Assembly: GCF_037042905.1 (NCBI RefSeq)
Contig: NC_087245.1
Location: 10,542,001 to 10,606,000 of the forward strand
DNA length: 64,000 nt
Source of the DNA: Lytechinus pictus
Taxonomy: Eukaryota
Direction of reading: 5' to 3'
Shown here: piece after piece, positions 28,069-41,496 of the stretch
Layout of the letters: each line of letters begins with the position of its first letter
Position numbering within the stretch: the stretch's first letter is position 1
Notes under the pieces: model-generated
The model's input: only the letters and a program-made list of their open reading frames with translations
What the model was told of the DNA's origin: nothing
The model's database searches: none
Position numbers and translations under genes: made by a program

Positions 28069-28572
28069 TATCTATCTATCAAACTACCAGATCATATCGC
28101 ACACAGGTGCACTCTCCAGTCTCAACCCTGCATCTGTCTAAAAAAAATGACCCTAGTAGAGGGGAACATGAAAAGCTGAGTTTCCTGCCTACATGTATAG
28201 TAGGAATTCAGGGAGAACACAAATGTTGCTTGATACAGTACATCTCTACTGTGCGTATGAGTCACAATTAAAGAAATTTACAGAAGTATGTAAATTCATA
28301 GATGTTTTGCCTACATCATAATTTCTCCTGTTCAAATCTGATTAAGCAAGTGTAAATCAACAGAAACCGTTGTATCAAATGACAAGACAAATTGTATTTT
28401 CCAAACCATCTATCTATTCATGATCTCATTATAAAGCTGATTCTATAAAGAATTCTTCCCTTTGAAATTATTATTTTTCATTCAAACATAAAGGTAAACT
28501 GTTTCCTACTAGTAGATTTCAGTATCACTTCCTGCCTATTCTGAAACAATGACTGCAAGTCAAATTATTTCG

Positions 28573-30379
28573 AACTAGAGATGCTCGGCGGGTCGCGCGG
28601 CCGAGCACATGTATCCTTCAAACCCACCGCGTCATCCGTCATTGCGATATATAGAGCTCACACAGATATTTGACAAAATAAATACAATTGTCATGGCGAC
28701 AATGACCCTGCCAACATTTTGCCTGTGGGTACCAAATTTGATGACAATAAGACCCCTGTTACATCTGAAAGTTTCCTACCCGAGACCCGACCGAGTCCAC
28801 TTGCAACCTTGACTGGATTATTGGTGGATTAGCTTCGCGAACGGACCAAGTCCGAAATGTGGTCTGTTTACATCACAGCGTTCTTTCCCTCCCCTATCGG
28901 TACGGTTTCGACAGTATCCGATTGCTGACACCAAAGGGTGCTCTCGATCTAGGCTCTGAATAATTTGCGCGCGCTAATTGAAGTTGTTTCCATTTCGTTA
29001 CACTCGTCGGCTGGTACACAGAAATGGTGGGACATGTGCCGATCATTTCCTGAGAGAGTCAAACGACTCTTTACCCGAGATTCTGGAAGAATGCTGATGA
29101 TCCCAGCAGTCGTTGAAGATTATGATCGACTTTCACTCAACTCAAATCAAAGACTCACAATTCACATGTCGCATGCCGCAAAACATTCAAAGAACGACGG
29201 GGCTGGGGAGGGGATAGCGCGCTATGACGTAATTTGACAGCTGGCGAACGGACCGAGATAGGTTTGAAAGCTTGTGTGCGTTTACATCTACGAATCGGTG
29301 GACCGGGGCCGGCCGATACCTACTTGAGACTACCTCTGGATGTGGTCTCGGGTAGGTTCGCTAAAAGGTGGCCCGAGGTAGGTTTGGGATGTTTACATCT
29401 GATTTCTTTCCGACCCGAAGTAGGCCCCGGGCCGGCCCGAGGTAGGGAATCTCTCAGATGTAACAGGGGTCTAATATGACGTAGCAGCATGACTCTGCAT
29501 AACCTAAAATATTGTCCAGTATCACCTGTTGGGGAATACAATTATAGAGTAATATAAACCTGACCCTAAGACCCCCCGACAAAAATGATAGGCATCTTCG
29601 CTTCACCTTCTAATATTGCTTCTGTGTGCCAACTGTTATGACAAACTGGAAAAAAGCAGATGTTACAGGTTTTACCAAATTTTCCACAAAAATGTGGTTA
29701 CCATGGCAACAATGTCTCCACCCACTCCAAAATCATTAGGCGGCTTTGCTTTACCATAATGGACCTTCAGGACAAATCAGAAGATAATTGGAGAAGAAAT
29801 GCAGCCAGTAGAGCGCTCACAAGGAAATCTCTGCTATTTCCACAAAAACTCTTGTGACCATGGCAACGATGTCTCCACCCACACCAAAATCAATAGGCGG
29901 CTTTGCTTTACCATAATGGACCTTCATGCCACATTTGAAGATGATCGGAGAAGAAATGCAGCTGGTAGAGCGCTCACAAGGACATCTCTGCTATTTCAAC
30001 AAAAACTTGTTACCATGGCAACGATGTCTCCACCTACACCAAAATCGATAGGCGGCTTTGCTATAACACACTCAACCTTCATGCCACATCTGAAGATGAT
30101 CAGAGAAGAAATGCAGCTGGTAGAGTGCTCACAAGGACATCTCTGCTATTTCCACAAAAACTCTTGTTACCATGGCAACGATGTCTCCGCCCACACCAAA
30201 ATCGATAGGCTTCTTCGCTATACCATACTCAACCTTCATGCCACATTTGAAGATGATCGGAGAAGAAATGCAGCTGATAGAGCGCTCACAAGGAAATCTC
30301 TGCAGCGTACGCGGCGGCGGCGGCGGCGCAACGAGGCCAAATCCATAGTATCCTCCAAGCTCTGTTCGGGGGATACAAT
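28573..30379 (-). mobile_element. Second Helentron-like family with ~156-bp x4 tandem array
   Basis: AACTAG end with hairpin TGCTCGGC...GCCGAGCA, subterminal TGTATCC / GGATACA, (GGC)n and hairpin at the other end. CCATGGCAAC recurs at 29701, 29858, 30013 and 30170. Confidence 0.75.
28751..29471. mobile_element. Harbinger-like MITE with TAA TSD nested in the Helentron-like element
   Basis: TAA|GACCCCTGTTACATCTGA ... TCAGATGTAACAGGGGTC|TAA. Confidence 0.85.
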
Positions 30380-31788
30380 TATCAGTTGAAATGTCTAATT
30401 GCATGTGCACACCTACTCGTAATATTGTCTTTTGATCAATCAAGATGATAATAACCATGTCAATTGACAATCTTATTTCCACATCACTAGTGACCTTTAG
30501 AAAGTCTCTATCATTAAGAAAGATCAGCTCTGCAAATGGAATTCATTGTCAGGTGATTGACATAGTTACGATGGAAAAATTGCATTTTATGTATATTAAA
30601 GACAGTCAAAACCTTCTGCATACTTTTTATGTCTATTAATATAAAATCAGACATCCGGCAGCACAATGAATTTTGAAAAGTGTCATTAGAATAATAAGAA
30701 TTAAAGCTGGTGAAGTGTGAGGCTTATAATTTATTATATATTACAGCAAAAAGTTTTTCTTATTTGTAATTCTTTTAAGAGAATACAGCAACATACAGGG
30801 GGATGAAAGATACATCTCCCTGGTACTATAAACATGTTGCTGCAAGGATCTTCTTTAAATTGCGAATGATTTTGACTCCCTTTCAAATTTGTAATGGTGA
30901 CATTAAAGCCGGCAAGGGAATTTCCCCTTCCCTTAACTATACAATTCTCACTGCAGTTTAACTTTTAACATGCTGCTGCAAACAATTTCACCAAATAATA
31001 ATAGGGCCTGCACATAAACGTCATAGAGTTGCAATATATCTGGCATGTTAGGAGTTAATGGGACTTTGTTATTGGTCAAAATATCATTCATCCACATATA
31101 AAGTGAATATCTTCTGCCCCAATTCTGCCAGCTGCAGGTGTTCGGGAGTTGTTCATATTTAACAAGATTATCAAATTATGCTCAGTGAGAAGTGTACACT
31201 TCAGATCATTTAATTTGATGAGCCTGATTTTCCTTGTCCTTTCATAAAAACTGTCTCTTGAATTATTTGATTGTAATTGGATTATTTTATGCAAATGGAA
31301 AGACTGACTGGTTATTTTTACATAACCACTTTAATAGAACCAGTATTTTTTATATCATAATCTATTATGATTAGGCCTTTACAGGTATATTCAAACACAA
31401 TGTTGATGTACAATGTAAAAAATGTATTACTTTTCAAAGTTGACCAATTGTAATAACTACTTGACTACACATGTCCAAAAATAATAAAGGAATAAGGAGA
31501 AAGGGAGTTTGAAGTTGATGTTAACTCAAACATGAGATGTGCATGCCTAATACTTATGGAAGATCTGTGGAAACTCTGAAAAAGATGTTTGACTGAAATT
31601 AAAAAAAAAATTGTTTTTTGTATCTTGCTTTTATGTGAATCATATAACTTTATAACGATAGAAGGTAGAATAACAGAGCTAACCATTTTCATATTAAAAA
31701 GTCATTCTTCCAATAAAATATCAAGCTAGTTAAAGTCCAATAGACTGTTTTGAACTGCCACAGACTAACATCTTTTCTTGTGACTTAA

Positions 31789-32176
31789 AGATAAATACCA
31801 GTTGTGGTATCATTCTCAAAATGAGTTCGAACAGAATCCAATGAAATTACCACAAAAGTGTTTGTACATGTATGTAGTGTATAAATAAAAAATATGTGCC
31901 AAATAGCTCTGGAAGAAAATCTGGAGAAACAAGGAAAAGCACAAAATTCCATCAAATTTCTGATATTTTTTAAAGCAATTTCAATACACTATCCCACACA
32001 TGCTTTTATGTGCTAGTGAACATCAGAATGAGCTAAGATTTCATGATTTTACAAAGATAAGGGTACATTAATATACCGGATCTAGATGTACGGTACATGT
32101 ATGATAATATTTTGACATAACCTTGATTTAAAAGACTCATGAAAAAATTGTTTGCTGGCACTACTGTCTTTTACCT
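31789..32176 (+). mobile_element. Kolobok-like MITE family B, left member of a tandem pair
   Basis: TTAA|AGATAAATACCAGTTGTGG ... CTACTGTCTTTTACCT|TTAA. Confidence 0.7.
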
Positions 32177-32180
32177 TTAA

Positions 32181-32575
32181 AGATAAACGCCAGCTGTGGT
32201 AACGATCTCAAAATGACTTTTTACAGAATCCAATATAATGACCACCCAAGTGTCTGTTTGTATTATGAATAAAAAATGTGTGCCAAAGGATTCTGGAAGA
32301 AATTGTTGCTGAGAAATAAGCAAAATAAGCGTGGATTTGGGCACTTCCGTCTGATTTTTATTCCAGCAATAATAATATACATTGTCCCATGAGTGACTAT
32401 CTGTGTTGGCGATCTTCAGTGTGATCGTTTTTCAGCTTAGATTTTATGATTTCACAAAATTCAGTTTATGTAACTGTACCAGATCTAGATCAACGATGAT
32501 TTAGTAATACTTAACCTTGGTTTTACAGACTTTCTCACGAAATCAGTGTTTTACTGCATCTACTTTCATCTAGCT
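32181..32575 (+). mobile_element. Kolobok-like MITE family B, right member of a tandem pair
   Basis: TTAA|AGATAAACGCCAGCTGTGG ... CTACTTTCATCTAGCT|TTAA; homologous to but diverged from the left member. Confidence 0.7.
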
Positions 32576-32673
32576 TTAATGTGGATGTTGAGCTTGGCAG
32601 ACACTATAGGATAGGCCTACACATGTACCAAGCAGCAAATAATGTAACTAGGCATTCTTTCAATATGGACCTT

Positions 32674-33250
32674 CCCTGGGGGGGGGGGGGGCCACTTACA
32701 TTGGCGAGTGGATACCATTCACGACCACAAAAACATGTAAAAGGATGTCTTTTTCAAGATAGGGCATGTTACGTACGTAATGTAATAAGGGTGTCAAAAA
32801 CACTAAAATAATGAAAAAAGGGTATCTATTTTCGCTAGGAGAGCTACGTGTTTAGGGTCAAATTTGCGAGGGTGTAAAAAATTAAGACTAAAATGTTTTA
32901 TAAAGGATGTACTTTTTGCCCCAATGGTCAACACTACGTGTTTAGGGTACGATTTGCGCGAGATGTAGGTGTAGGTGGGGCTGTACTAAATCCAATGATG
33001 TAGGTAAAAAGGTAAATCCGGCGTCCGTGACATAACAATAAAATATCACTGTACTTGTTTAGGGGGTCAATTCAGGGAATACTTGGCAAGAGTGTCGTTT
33101 TGTTTAATACTCCTTATTTACTTATTAAGGGTAGGGTTTCGCACGCCAATACTTGTTAAGGGGTGCATTTTCAGAGTATGGAAAATACGTGTTTAGGGTG
33201 CTTTTCGAGACCCCATGGTCGCGCATGGTATCCACTCGTCAATGGAAGTG
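32674..33250. mobile_element. MITE with CCC-poly(G) terminus, right end truncated
   Basis: CACTTACATTGGCGAGTGGATACCAT at left, ATGGTATCCACTCGTCAATGGAAGTG at right; internal TACGTGTTTAGGGT three times. Confidence 0.65.
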
Positions 33251-34238
33251 CTAGACATACTTAAAGAAAAAGAAGGTCTGAATAAAAATAAATCTTGGTC
33301 TGTGATACTACATACTGGTCATTGAGATCATGGTTCAATCTCTGTTGATTATCTTTGAGTTTCTGTACCACTGTAACAGAGTCACAGGTCATGGACACCC
33401 TACATGTATGTGGTTTGCCTGACAGAGAAGGTAATTCATGTTGCATGACACATTCTTCTGGTAGTGCCCTCCTCCAGAGGGTCATTGGAATAGACTCAAA
33501 ATACAGACCTTAATATAGACTGAAATTCACTTGTTGCCAAGTAGCACTGCCAATGTCCCAATTAGGAGCTATAACTCTTACTCAGGTGCAGGGAAGGCGA
33601 GACATGTACAAGGTAGCAGGTCAACTTAATTCGGTCACTATAATATACCTTCCCCATCAAGACAGGCTCACCAAAATCACCAATATCTACATGTACATGT
33701 ACAACTGACAAAACCCGGGACTGAATTAGGTGCACACCTAATTGCTCTGTAAACATTTTGACAAGGGGACCGAAAACAGTTTTAAAATTTCTGTGAATAC
33801 AAATTCTCACAAAACTCCATTTAAAGTCTGCAACTCTATATCAGATCTTTCAATTTAATCTAGATATATGCAACAACAAACTAGCTCGGTTACTTTGTTC
33901 ACTCACTTTGATGTTTTTAATGTTCTAAATGTGAATATGCTTGCTCAAGAGAAATAAAATGGGGACGAATATGATCGCTACAATTTTGCACTTGGTTTAA
34001 TGTGGACAACCAGTGTACCTTAGTTTTTGGCAAGAAATGTATTTCCCACCTTGTCATTTTAAATTATAAAAAGGTCTGCTATAGAGGCTAATCTACAGGT
34101 GTATGAGTCACCTATCACTCACATTGCAAACTATTGATTCTACATCACACCCATTCATGCAAAATAGGATTAAAAACGGGTTTGAGTAAACACCAGTAAT
34201 CTCAATTTACCTTTTCTTTTTTTACGAAAGAAACATAA

Positions 34239-34710
34239 GGTGGTTTCAAACCGCCTCGATCACAAGAATCCCCGTTAAATTACGAGAACATTCTTAGGCT
34301 AAAAAATACCCATTGATTATTCCTGCATTCACACCGCCCCGAAACATACCCTTCGGGATAAATTCCCGAAGTTAGGAGCATGCGCAGTATGGTCTAATAA
34401 GCAGGCAAGGCGCGAGATTCAAAACCACTAGCCCAGCAGCCACCCACGGCCCCGCGCCCAACGACACGCTGGGCTAAAAGTTCCCGTAAATTGCTTTCAC
34501 ATTGCCAAAATACCTGCCAACTTGGAAAAATCCCAGCGACAGTTCTCGTAATTTCACCAAGTACCTACTATTTAGCGGGTATTTTCTTTCTGGGAAATTA
34601 CGCGTAGTTTGCTTTCACATTACCAAATACCTGGTATTTTCTGATCGGGATAAATTTCCCGATCAGAGAATACCTGGAACTGACGAACTTCGAGGCGGTC
34701 TGAAACCACC
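34239..34710 (+). mobile_element. Harbinger-like MITE family H, copy 3
   Basis: TAA|GGTGGTTTCAAACCGCCTCGA ... TCGAGGCGGTCTGAAACCACC|TAA; a 3-bp TAA TSD fits PIF/Harbinger. Confidence 0.85.
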
Positions 34711-34814
34711 TAATATGTATCGATCTGCATTTTGGTTTATGCCATAACTTTATCTCCTTTAAATAAGAACTTTGTTGTCTAGTTTGGGGTATATGTACTT
34801 TCAGGATATCTCAT

Positions 34815-35086
34815 TCTTCTTCTTTTCCTCTTCCTCCTTCCTCCTCCTTTCTTTTTCTTTTTCTTCTTCTTCTCCTTTTTCTTCTTCTTCTTCTCCTTTT
34901 TCTTCTTCTTCTTTTTCTACTTCTTCTTCTTCTTCTTCTCCTTTTTCTTCTTCTCCTCCTTCTTCTTCTTCTTCTTCTACTTCTTCTCCGTCCTCCTCCT
35001 CCTCCTCCTCCTTCTTCTCCTCTTCCTCCTTCTTCGTCTTCTCCTCCTCCATCGATCTACTTCTCCTCTTCATCCTCCTTCTCCTT
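34815..35086. repeat. Compound (TCT)n/(TCC)n polypyrimidine microsatellite
   Basis: Direct reading; it generates the spurious poly-Ser and poly-Glu ORFs. Confidence 0.9.
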
Positions 35087-36587
35087 AATGTCTTTTTTTA
35101 TAAATTTTCCCAAAATTTTGTCTATTCTTAACAATCTTACAATTTTTATGTCATGTTACATCCCTCCCTCCCTTTCTCTCTCTATAGACCTATATCTCGA
35201 TATCTCGATCTCTCTCTCCTTTCTTCCGTATCATTCAGTCACTGGAAAATAGGTTGAATGAAATCCATTCAGCACCCAAACCAATTTCAATTGAACTTTC
35301 ACAATAGTTGTGCCCTTTTCTTTGAGTGTAAGGTGAGCTGATGCCTAACATTAACAAGAAAAACCTCAGTAACCATGCTTGCATTCACAGCAGGAGGCCA
35401 TTGACGTACTGCCATCAAAAGCCAGACAATGATCAGCTTCCTAATCAATTTAAGTTGATACGATTATACGAATAGAGACACAGTGTAGGCTCATACAAAA
35501 TCTGTCTAACTGGAACAAAAGTTATCAGCTGTGAAAATAGGAAAAAAAATTATTTTTGTATTTTTGGTATGTGTACATGTACATTGTACAAGAGTACCCT
35601 TTCCACATTGTATGAAAAAATATAATATATTTTAAAACATTTACCAAAGGGGAGACTGGAGAGGATAGTAGACCGGGGGGGGGGGGGCACTCAAATTCAG
35701 AATTATAATTTGACAGATGGTGTTGGTGTGCCTCACAAGACCTCAAATTGGGGGTCGAAGAAACTGGCTTCTAGGTTTAAAATACTGGGTCTTGGGAACA
35801 ACAACATGTAGGCCTACCGGTATTGATCAGCAGAGAGAAAAATATGGGGTCTGGTTCTCACTGACTGTCACAAAACACCTTGCAATCAAGTGTTTAGATT
35901 AGATACGATCTAAAACACATGAGAACTAATTAATTACTCTACTGCCCAGATAAGCCTCTGTCAAACATCATGTGCTTTAATTTGGTCTTCTTCAGACTGG
36001 AGAGCTCTATTCCTATACACATTGCCATTTGCTCTCTGCACTATGGGAAAAGGCATGCAGCATATTGTGTTAAAAAGAGTGTTACACATGGAAGGCCTAC
36101 GTAACCTATCAAGCAGTGAGGGACAATCTTTTATATCTTTTTGGTTTTTCTTCAGCAAAAAACAAGGTGACTGCCATTTCGCCACTTTGCAAGATATTTA
36201 ACTGCCCACCCGCTATATAAATGATTTTTTTAAATATAAACTTTCTGACATTTCAGCTTTATGAACCATCCTCAATAAAAATCTATCACAGCAATTGTAG
36301 GATAGAGATCTCCCCCACAGCACATTTTTATCACACCCCCCCACACACACACAATCAAAAGCCATACCAGAACCATCAACAGGCTTGGATGTTTCCAGAC
36401 AGGAGAAACATTCTAGGTTTTACTACCAATGGTTGAGGGATTTCCAATGTGGTAATGTGAGAACTCCTATGACTTTGACACGTGTAAAAAGCCTGTATGA
36501 GTGTGATGACAAGTTTATGACTTCTACAGATGTAAAATTGATTCATCAATGATCATTAAGCCTGAAGGAAACCCCCTTATCTGCTCA

Positions 36588-36928
36588 TACCCCTTTCATA
36601 AACGCAATAAAACCCAATTATGCGGCTAATAGCAGCATAATTTGGTCGTAAAATCAGAGGAGGACAAGAGTTATCCGCATTATTCTGATGCTGCTATTAT
36701 CCGCATAATAGCGGCATCGGGACAAGATTGACATGCGGTCACAAGGTCACCCTTTTGCAACACAACTGCATCGGAGGGGGCGTGTCCAGTTGTCATGACG
36801 ATTATCCGCCTTTGTCAGGACGGGCGCTCGTAAAAATAATGCGGATAATTTTCGGAGTTTGTGAACGCAATTTTTATTGAATTATCCGCATTACTCTTAG
36901 GTGGCTAATTGGTTTTATGAAAGGGGTA
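36588..36928. mobile_element. MITE with TACCCCTTTCATAAA termini
   Basis: TACCCCTTTCATAAA ... TTTATGAAAGGGGTA; internal repeated TTATCCGC / GCGGATAA. Confidence 0.7.
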
Positions 36929-38107
36929 TTATTCTAAAATAAATTTTATATGCCAGGTTAAAGTTTGTCCATGGATCCAGGATTGAAGGGGGTGCACAGT
37001 GTTGGTGGATGGTGAGTTCTGTACCCCCCCCCCAACAAAAAATCTAAAAAGCCCCCCCCCCCAAAAAAAAAAAAAAAAAATGTTACCATCAGAGGTAGGC
37101 CTAATCCAGAGGCAAACAATTGACAGGGGAAAAATGGATGGGGATCAGGGAGGGGGCTTAACATGTAATATGTCCCTAGCATATGCATTCAGTGGCTATC
37201 AAGCAAAGGTAAATGAGAGGATTGTTGTCTGAATTTTTTTTCCATCGTCACTTTATTCAGTATTCAATATCAAACAAAGGAACATAGGTGTACGTACCAG
37301 TATAGTAAGAAAATAGCCCAAGTCATGAACTAATAAATTACATGTAGGGCAACAAAGGTAAATTATTAAAGGGAAAACAAATCACACTGTTACCAACATT
37401 TACAAAAACAATAATAACAAAATATAAAATACCAAGTTTTTAGTATAAAAGACATGAGTTGGCATACATTTCAAAGAAGTGTGTTTGACCCGACCCAGAG
37501 AACCGAGCAACCAAATCAATTTGAAACAAGGTAATACAAATTATTAAATACATGTAGGAAAAGTGGTTGCATATTATTGTTATACGGCATGCCTTGTACA
37601 AAAATTGGCATGTGTATTATTAGACCAAAATCTTTATTCTCTGTACATTGGTTTTTCCGCTGAACTACATTGGCTCTGATAGTAAAATGTCAGAAATTGT
37701 TAATTAAGTTAATTAAATCCCCAGAAACAATTATTCCTGTCAAGTTATATCTTTGACTCCTGTCTAGTGTATATGGTTACTTTTGTTTGACCTTCACTTC
37801 ATCATATTCTCCATTCATATCCATGAGGGTTACATGTCTGAACCAAATATGAAGACTCTAAAAAGCTCATTAAAAATCAATGCACTCACACTTTTCAATA
37901 TTTGAAATCCTGTCTCTAAATCTAATTTAAAAGAAATCACTTTAGATCTAGATCTTATTGTTCTTAATGGTAATAACATAGAAAATCAAGTCTAACACTT
38001 AAGTTAATATCCATGCCTAAATGAAAAATTGGCCAGTGTGCTGAAAGTAAACGTCAGCACTGCCACTGCTGCACTGACCGCGGAGCCTGAAGATTCCAGA
38101 AAAGAAC

Positions 38108-38270
38108 GGGGGAGCTAGTGTTTCATCAACATTTTTGTCCGACAAGTTGTCAGATCTGACATCTTTCCTTGATGTTGATTGGCTAAGAAGCACTGTTACT
38201 ACGGCAACTGTCGGATAGAATGGGACTTGTCGGATAAAACGTCTGACAAGTCCTTTCATGAAACGCTCCC
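38108..38270. mobile_element. Short palindromic MITE
   Basis: GGGGAGC..GTTTCATCAA at left, TTCATGAAACGCTCCCC then CTGG at right; internal TGTCCGACAAG / CTTGTCGGATA. Confidence 0.6.
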
Positions 38271-38416
38271 CTGGTATGGCTAGTAATAACAGCCCGGAGA
38301 ACAGGCGAGCTGCGAAGGAAGATACCGGTAATCCAAATTACCGTTATATGGAACAATTTCTCTACAAACCATGCGAAAAGCTGATTATAATATTCTAATA
38401 GGAATGAACTACTTAC

Positions 38417-38444
38417 TTGTCAATCTCTTTGGTTTGGCATCCAT
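38417..38444 (-). CDS. Putative first coding exon (MDAKPKRLT, phase 1) of the minus-strand gene
   Basis: Minus strand ATG GAT GCC AAA CCA AAG AGA TTG ACA A|GTAAGT, directly downstream of a CpG-rich promoter-like patch; splices in frame to 13935-14024. Confidence 0.6.
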
Positions 38445-38489
38445 TGGATTTATTGGTAGTATAAGTTCCAAACTGGTTAAATTACAGCC

Positions 38490-38700
38490 ATGGGCGTCAC
38501 CCTAAGGCTAAGTCAAGACTCTCCTCAGCTCAGCTCAGCAGACGATGTTGTGAATCGTACACGGGCGGCACCGTACTCGGTCGGTCTGCAGCGCAGCTGT
38601 ACTGTACATCTATCACATGCGTTCGTCGACTCGACTTGTACCATGGGTCCATGACTTGACGCACGACGCGGTTAAGTTTCGGGGGGAACCCCCAAATAAC
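38490..38700 (-). promoter_or_regulatory. CpG-rich putative promoter/5' UTR of the minus-strand gene
   Basis: Dense CpG in a CpG-poor background, not evidently a repeat, CRE-like TGACGCA near 38657, adjacent to an ATG exon with a canonical donor. Confidence 0.5.
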
Positions 38701-40133
38701 AGTGATCTATCTAGTCGGCCCTGTAGTGTCGGGGGTGGGGGTGCAATTTTTTCTGGTACGAAACCCGGGTACGAAATCCTTTATTTGTGGTCGAAGACCT
38801 TTTTTTTTTTTTGCTTTGTCAAATTTTTTCGCGGACGAAATATCCTCCAAAAATTTGCCCCCCTTTTGGAAAATCCTGGGTACGCCGCTGAGGGTGAACA
38901 TACATTAATCCAGGAGCTAAATTAGCACACACACACACACCCACACACAACAATAATGAACGAATCAAATAAAACATTGAGGAGGACAGCTATGGCGTAT
39001 GGGACGTCAAAAAGGGTGCGAGTGAGCTTGAAAGCGAAATATTTTTACCTATAAACATGTTTTAAAAAATCTAGTTTGACGGTGATAGATTTTGACGTAG
39101 GCCTATTACATAGAAAAATTATATACCATATTTCACCCCCTTTCCTGTCCTTTCTTTTCTACCTTTTTCTTTTTTTTTATCGTGAAAATTTATGGATGGT
39201 CCCTGGCCCCCAAGCCCAACGTCTGTAGCCCTGGCCCGGGGTCTGAACGCCCCCGGTGTACGACAGGGACCCCATCCAATCCAATCCATTGAGCATTTGG
39301 TATAGCGCCTTTTAGCAGTTTTAAAGCACTTCACAATTTGCTCAGATATTCATGTTTGCCGATAACATTTAGTAAGAGACCACACATTTGAGTAATGAAA
39401 ATATATAGTTCATTATTAGGCCTTCAACATACAGTTTTTTTTAATTGGTCTACGGATTTTAGCTGTATTCAGGAGGGCTGGTAGCGAAAGCGATATTTCA
39501 TTCAAGCTTTGAATTGAAAGTACATTCGGATATAGTGTCCCGTTTTTTAGGTCTAAATCTCGAATTTTTCCAATTGTTAAGTTATATACATATTCTGTTC
39601 ATGATTACAAAAAGTCCTTAGAATGTCCATTCTATAGGTCGAAATGTCAACAATTTTCAGCTTGCGCATTGCGCTCGCATTATTTGATTGTTAAAATGTA
39701 TGTCGTCTCCATTGCTAACCACAAACAGTCCTCAACAAATCCCTTTTCGATCAGACCAAAACTATATTTCTGCTCGCGCTTTGCGCTCGCCAGTGGCGTA
39801 GGCAGTGGGGGTTGGTTTACAGGGGTTCAACCCGTCTTAAATGATTTTGATACCCACACCCCCTAAGAATTCACCCCCCTAAAAAAATTTAAGACCTTTT
39901 TTTTTTTGCTTGTCAACTTTTTTGACGTACGAAACGACGTAAAATTTGTGGTTGTCAACATTTCATTCAGTGTGAACCCCCCCCTTTAAAAATTCCCGTT
40001 AATCATTTATATAGTTGCATACACAAATTGTTCAGGATCACAAACATTGCCCAGAATGTTCAAATTTCAGGACTAAATGCATAAAGTTTCCCCAAATTTT
40101 AGCTCGCGATTCGCGCATGCAGGCACTATTTAA

Positions 40134-40759
40134 AGGACAAGTCCACCCCAGCAAAAAGTTTATTTGAATAAAAGGAGAAAAATCCAACAAGCAAAACACT
40201 GAAAATTTCATCAAAATCGAATGTAAAATAAAGTTATGACATTTTAAAGTTTCGCTTAATTTCACCATGGACCTAGGTCCATGATTTCACAAAGCAGTTA
40301 TACATGCACATCCTGGTCGGTATGCAAATTCGCACACTGACCTCACCCACTCACAAGTCACTATACTTCTTTTGTATTTTCTAATATGAAATGAAAAATT
40401 CTAATATTCTCCTCATTGTCATGTGAAACAAAATTGTATTCCTCCCAGAACATGTGGAATAACCATTATTGTAACAGTTTATGGTTAAGCCTGTTGAACC
40501 TTATTGTTAAATCTGTAAAAAAGGAAATATTGTATAATTCAAACAATAAAAAACAAAAGAAATAGTGAATGAAGGACATCATCGACTCTCTCATTTGCAT
40601 ATCGCTGAGTTGAGCATTAACTGTTTTGTGAAAAATAAGCGAAATTTAAAAATGTCATAACCTTCTTATTATTATTTCGATGAAATTTGCAGCGTTGTGT
40701 TTGTTTGATTTTTCTCTATGTCGATTCAATTCAACAATTTTCTGGGGTGGACTTGACCT
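40134..40759 (+). mobile_element. Kolobok-like MITE family A, copy 3
   Basis: TTAA|AGGACAAGTCCACCCC ... GGGGTGGACTTGACCT|TTGA (right TSD mutated). Confidence 0.85.
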
Positions 40760-40910
40760 TTGAGGCATATGAGATTATTATACATGTATATTATGCTGTT
40801 TTATCAGAATAAAGCTAAGGAGTGACTATTAGAAATACCCCTTCAAAAAAAAGTTCGAGCGGCAGATCAGGGAAAATATGGGTGAAAAAAATTTTGCCCC
40901 CCCCCCCATT

Positions 40911-41496
40911 AGCTGAAAATATTTATATGTAAATTAATAGAGTAAAATTAACAAAGCAAAATGCTAAAAATGTCATCAAAATCGGATAATAAATAACGAA
41001 GTTATTGAATTTTAAATTTAGCAATATTTCATGAAAACAGTTATAATATATGCACATCGTCAAATATTCATTAGGTGGATTGATAATGTCACATCCCCAC
41101 ATTCCCTTTTCTTATGTCATCACATGAAATCATATTTATTTCATTTCTCATATATGCATGTGTAAATGATGTGTCTCCATTATGATGCAATAAATAACTA
41201 AAGCACTTATTCAGTTGTCGATCCAATTATTTTATTTCTTGGTAGTCAAATTTCGAATAAACCTAATTTCATATAATAAAATGCAAAAGAACAAGTGGGG
41301 ATATGACATCATCAGCCCACCTTATGAATATTCATGACGATGTGCTTATAATTGTTTTCACAACAAATATTGCTAAACTTTAAAATTCAATAACTTCGTT
41401 ATTTGTTTTCCGATTTTGATCAAATTTTCATAATTTTGCTTTGTGAATTTTACTTCATTTATTGAAATATGCATATCTTCAGCCTGGAGCATCCCT
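40911..41496. mobile_element. Kolobok-like MITE, left end truncated
   Basis: Right end TTCAGCCTGGAGCATCCCT|TTAA; long internal inverted arms (ACGAAGTTATTGAATTTTAAA / TTTAAAATTCAATAACTTCGT). Confidence 0.65.

Noticed and set aside
29799..30389. 196-aa ORF, the longest in the track
   Set aside because: Lies wholly in the ~156-bp tandem array of a non-autonomous element; the peptide repeats shift frame, and there is no Rep/helicase similarity.
33575..33605. Minus-strand ATG followed by GTAAGA as another alternative first exon
   Set aside because: ATG TCT CGC CTT CCC TGC ACC TGA stops right at the putative donor.
34772..35131. Poly-Ser and poly-Glu/Lys ORFs
   Set aside because: Translations of a (TCT)/(TCC) microsatellite.
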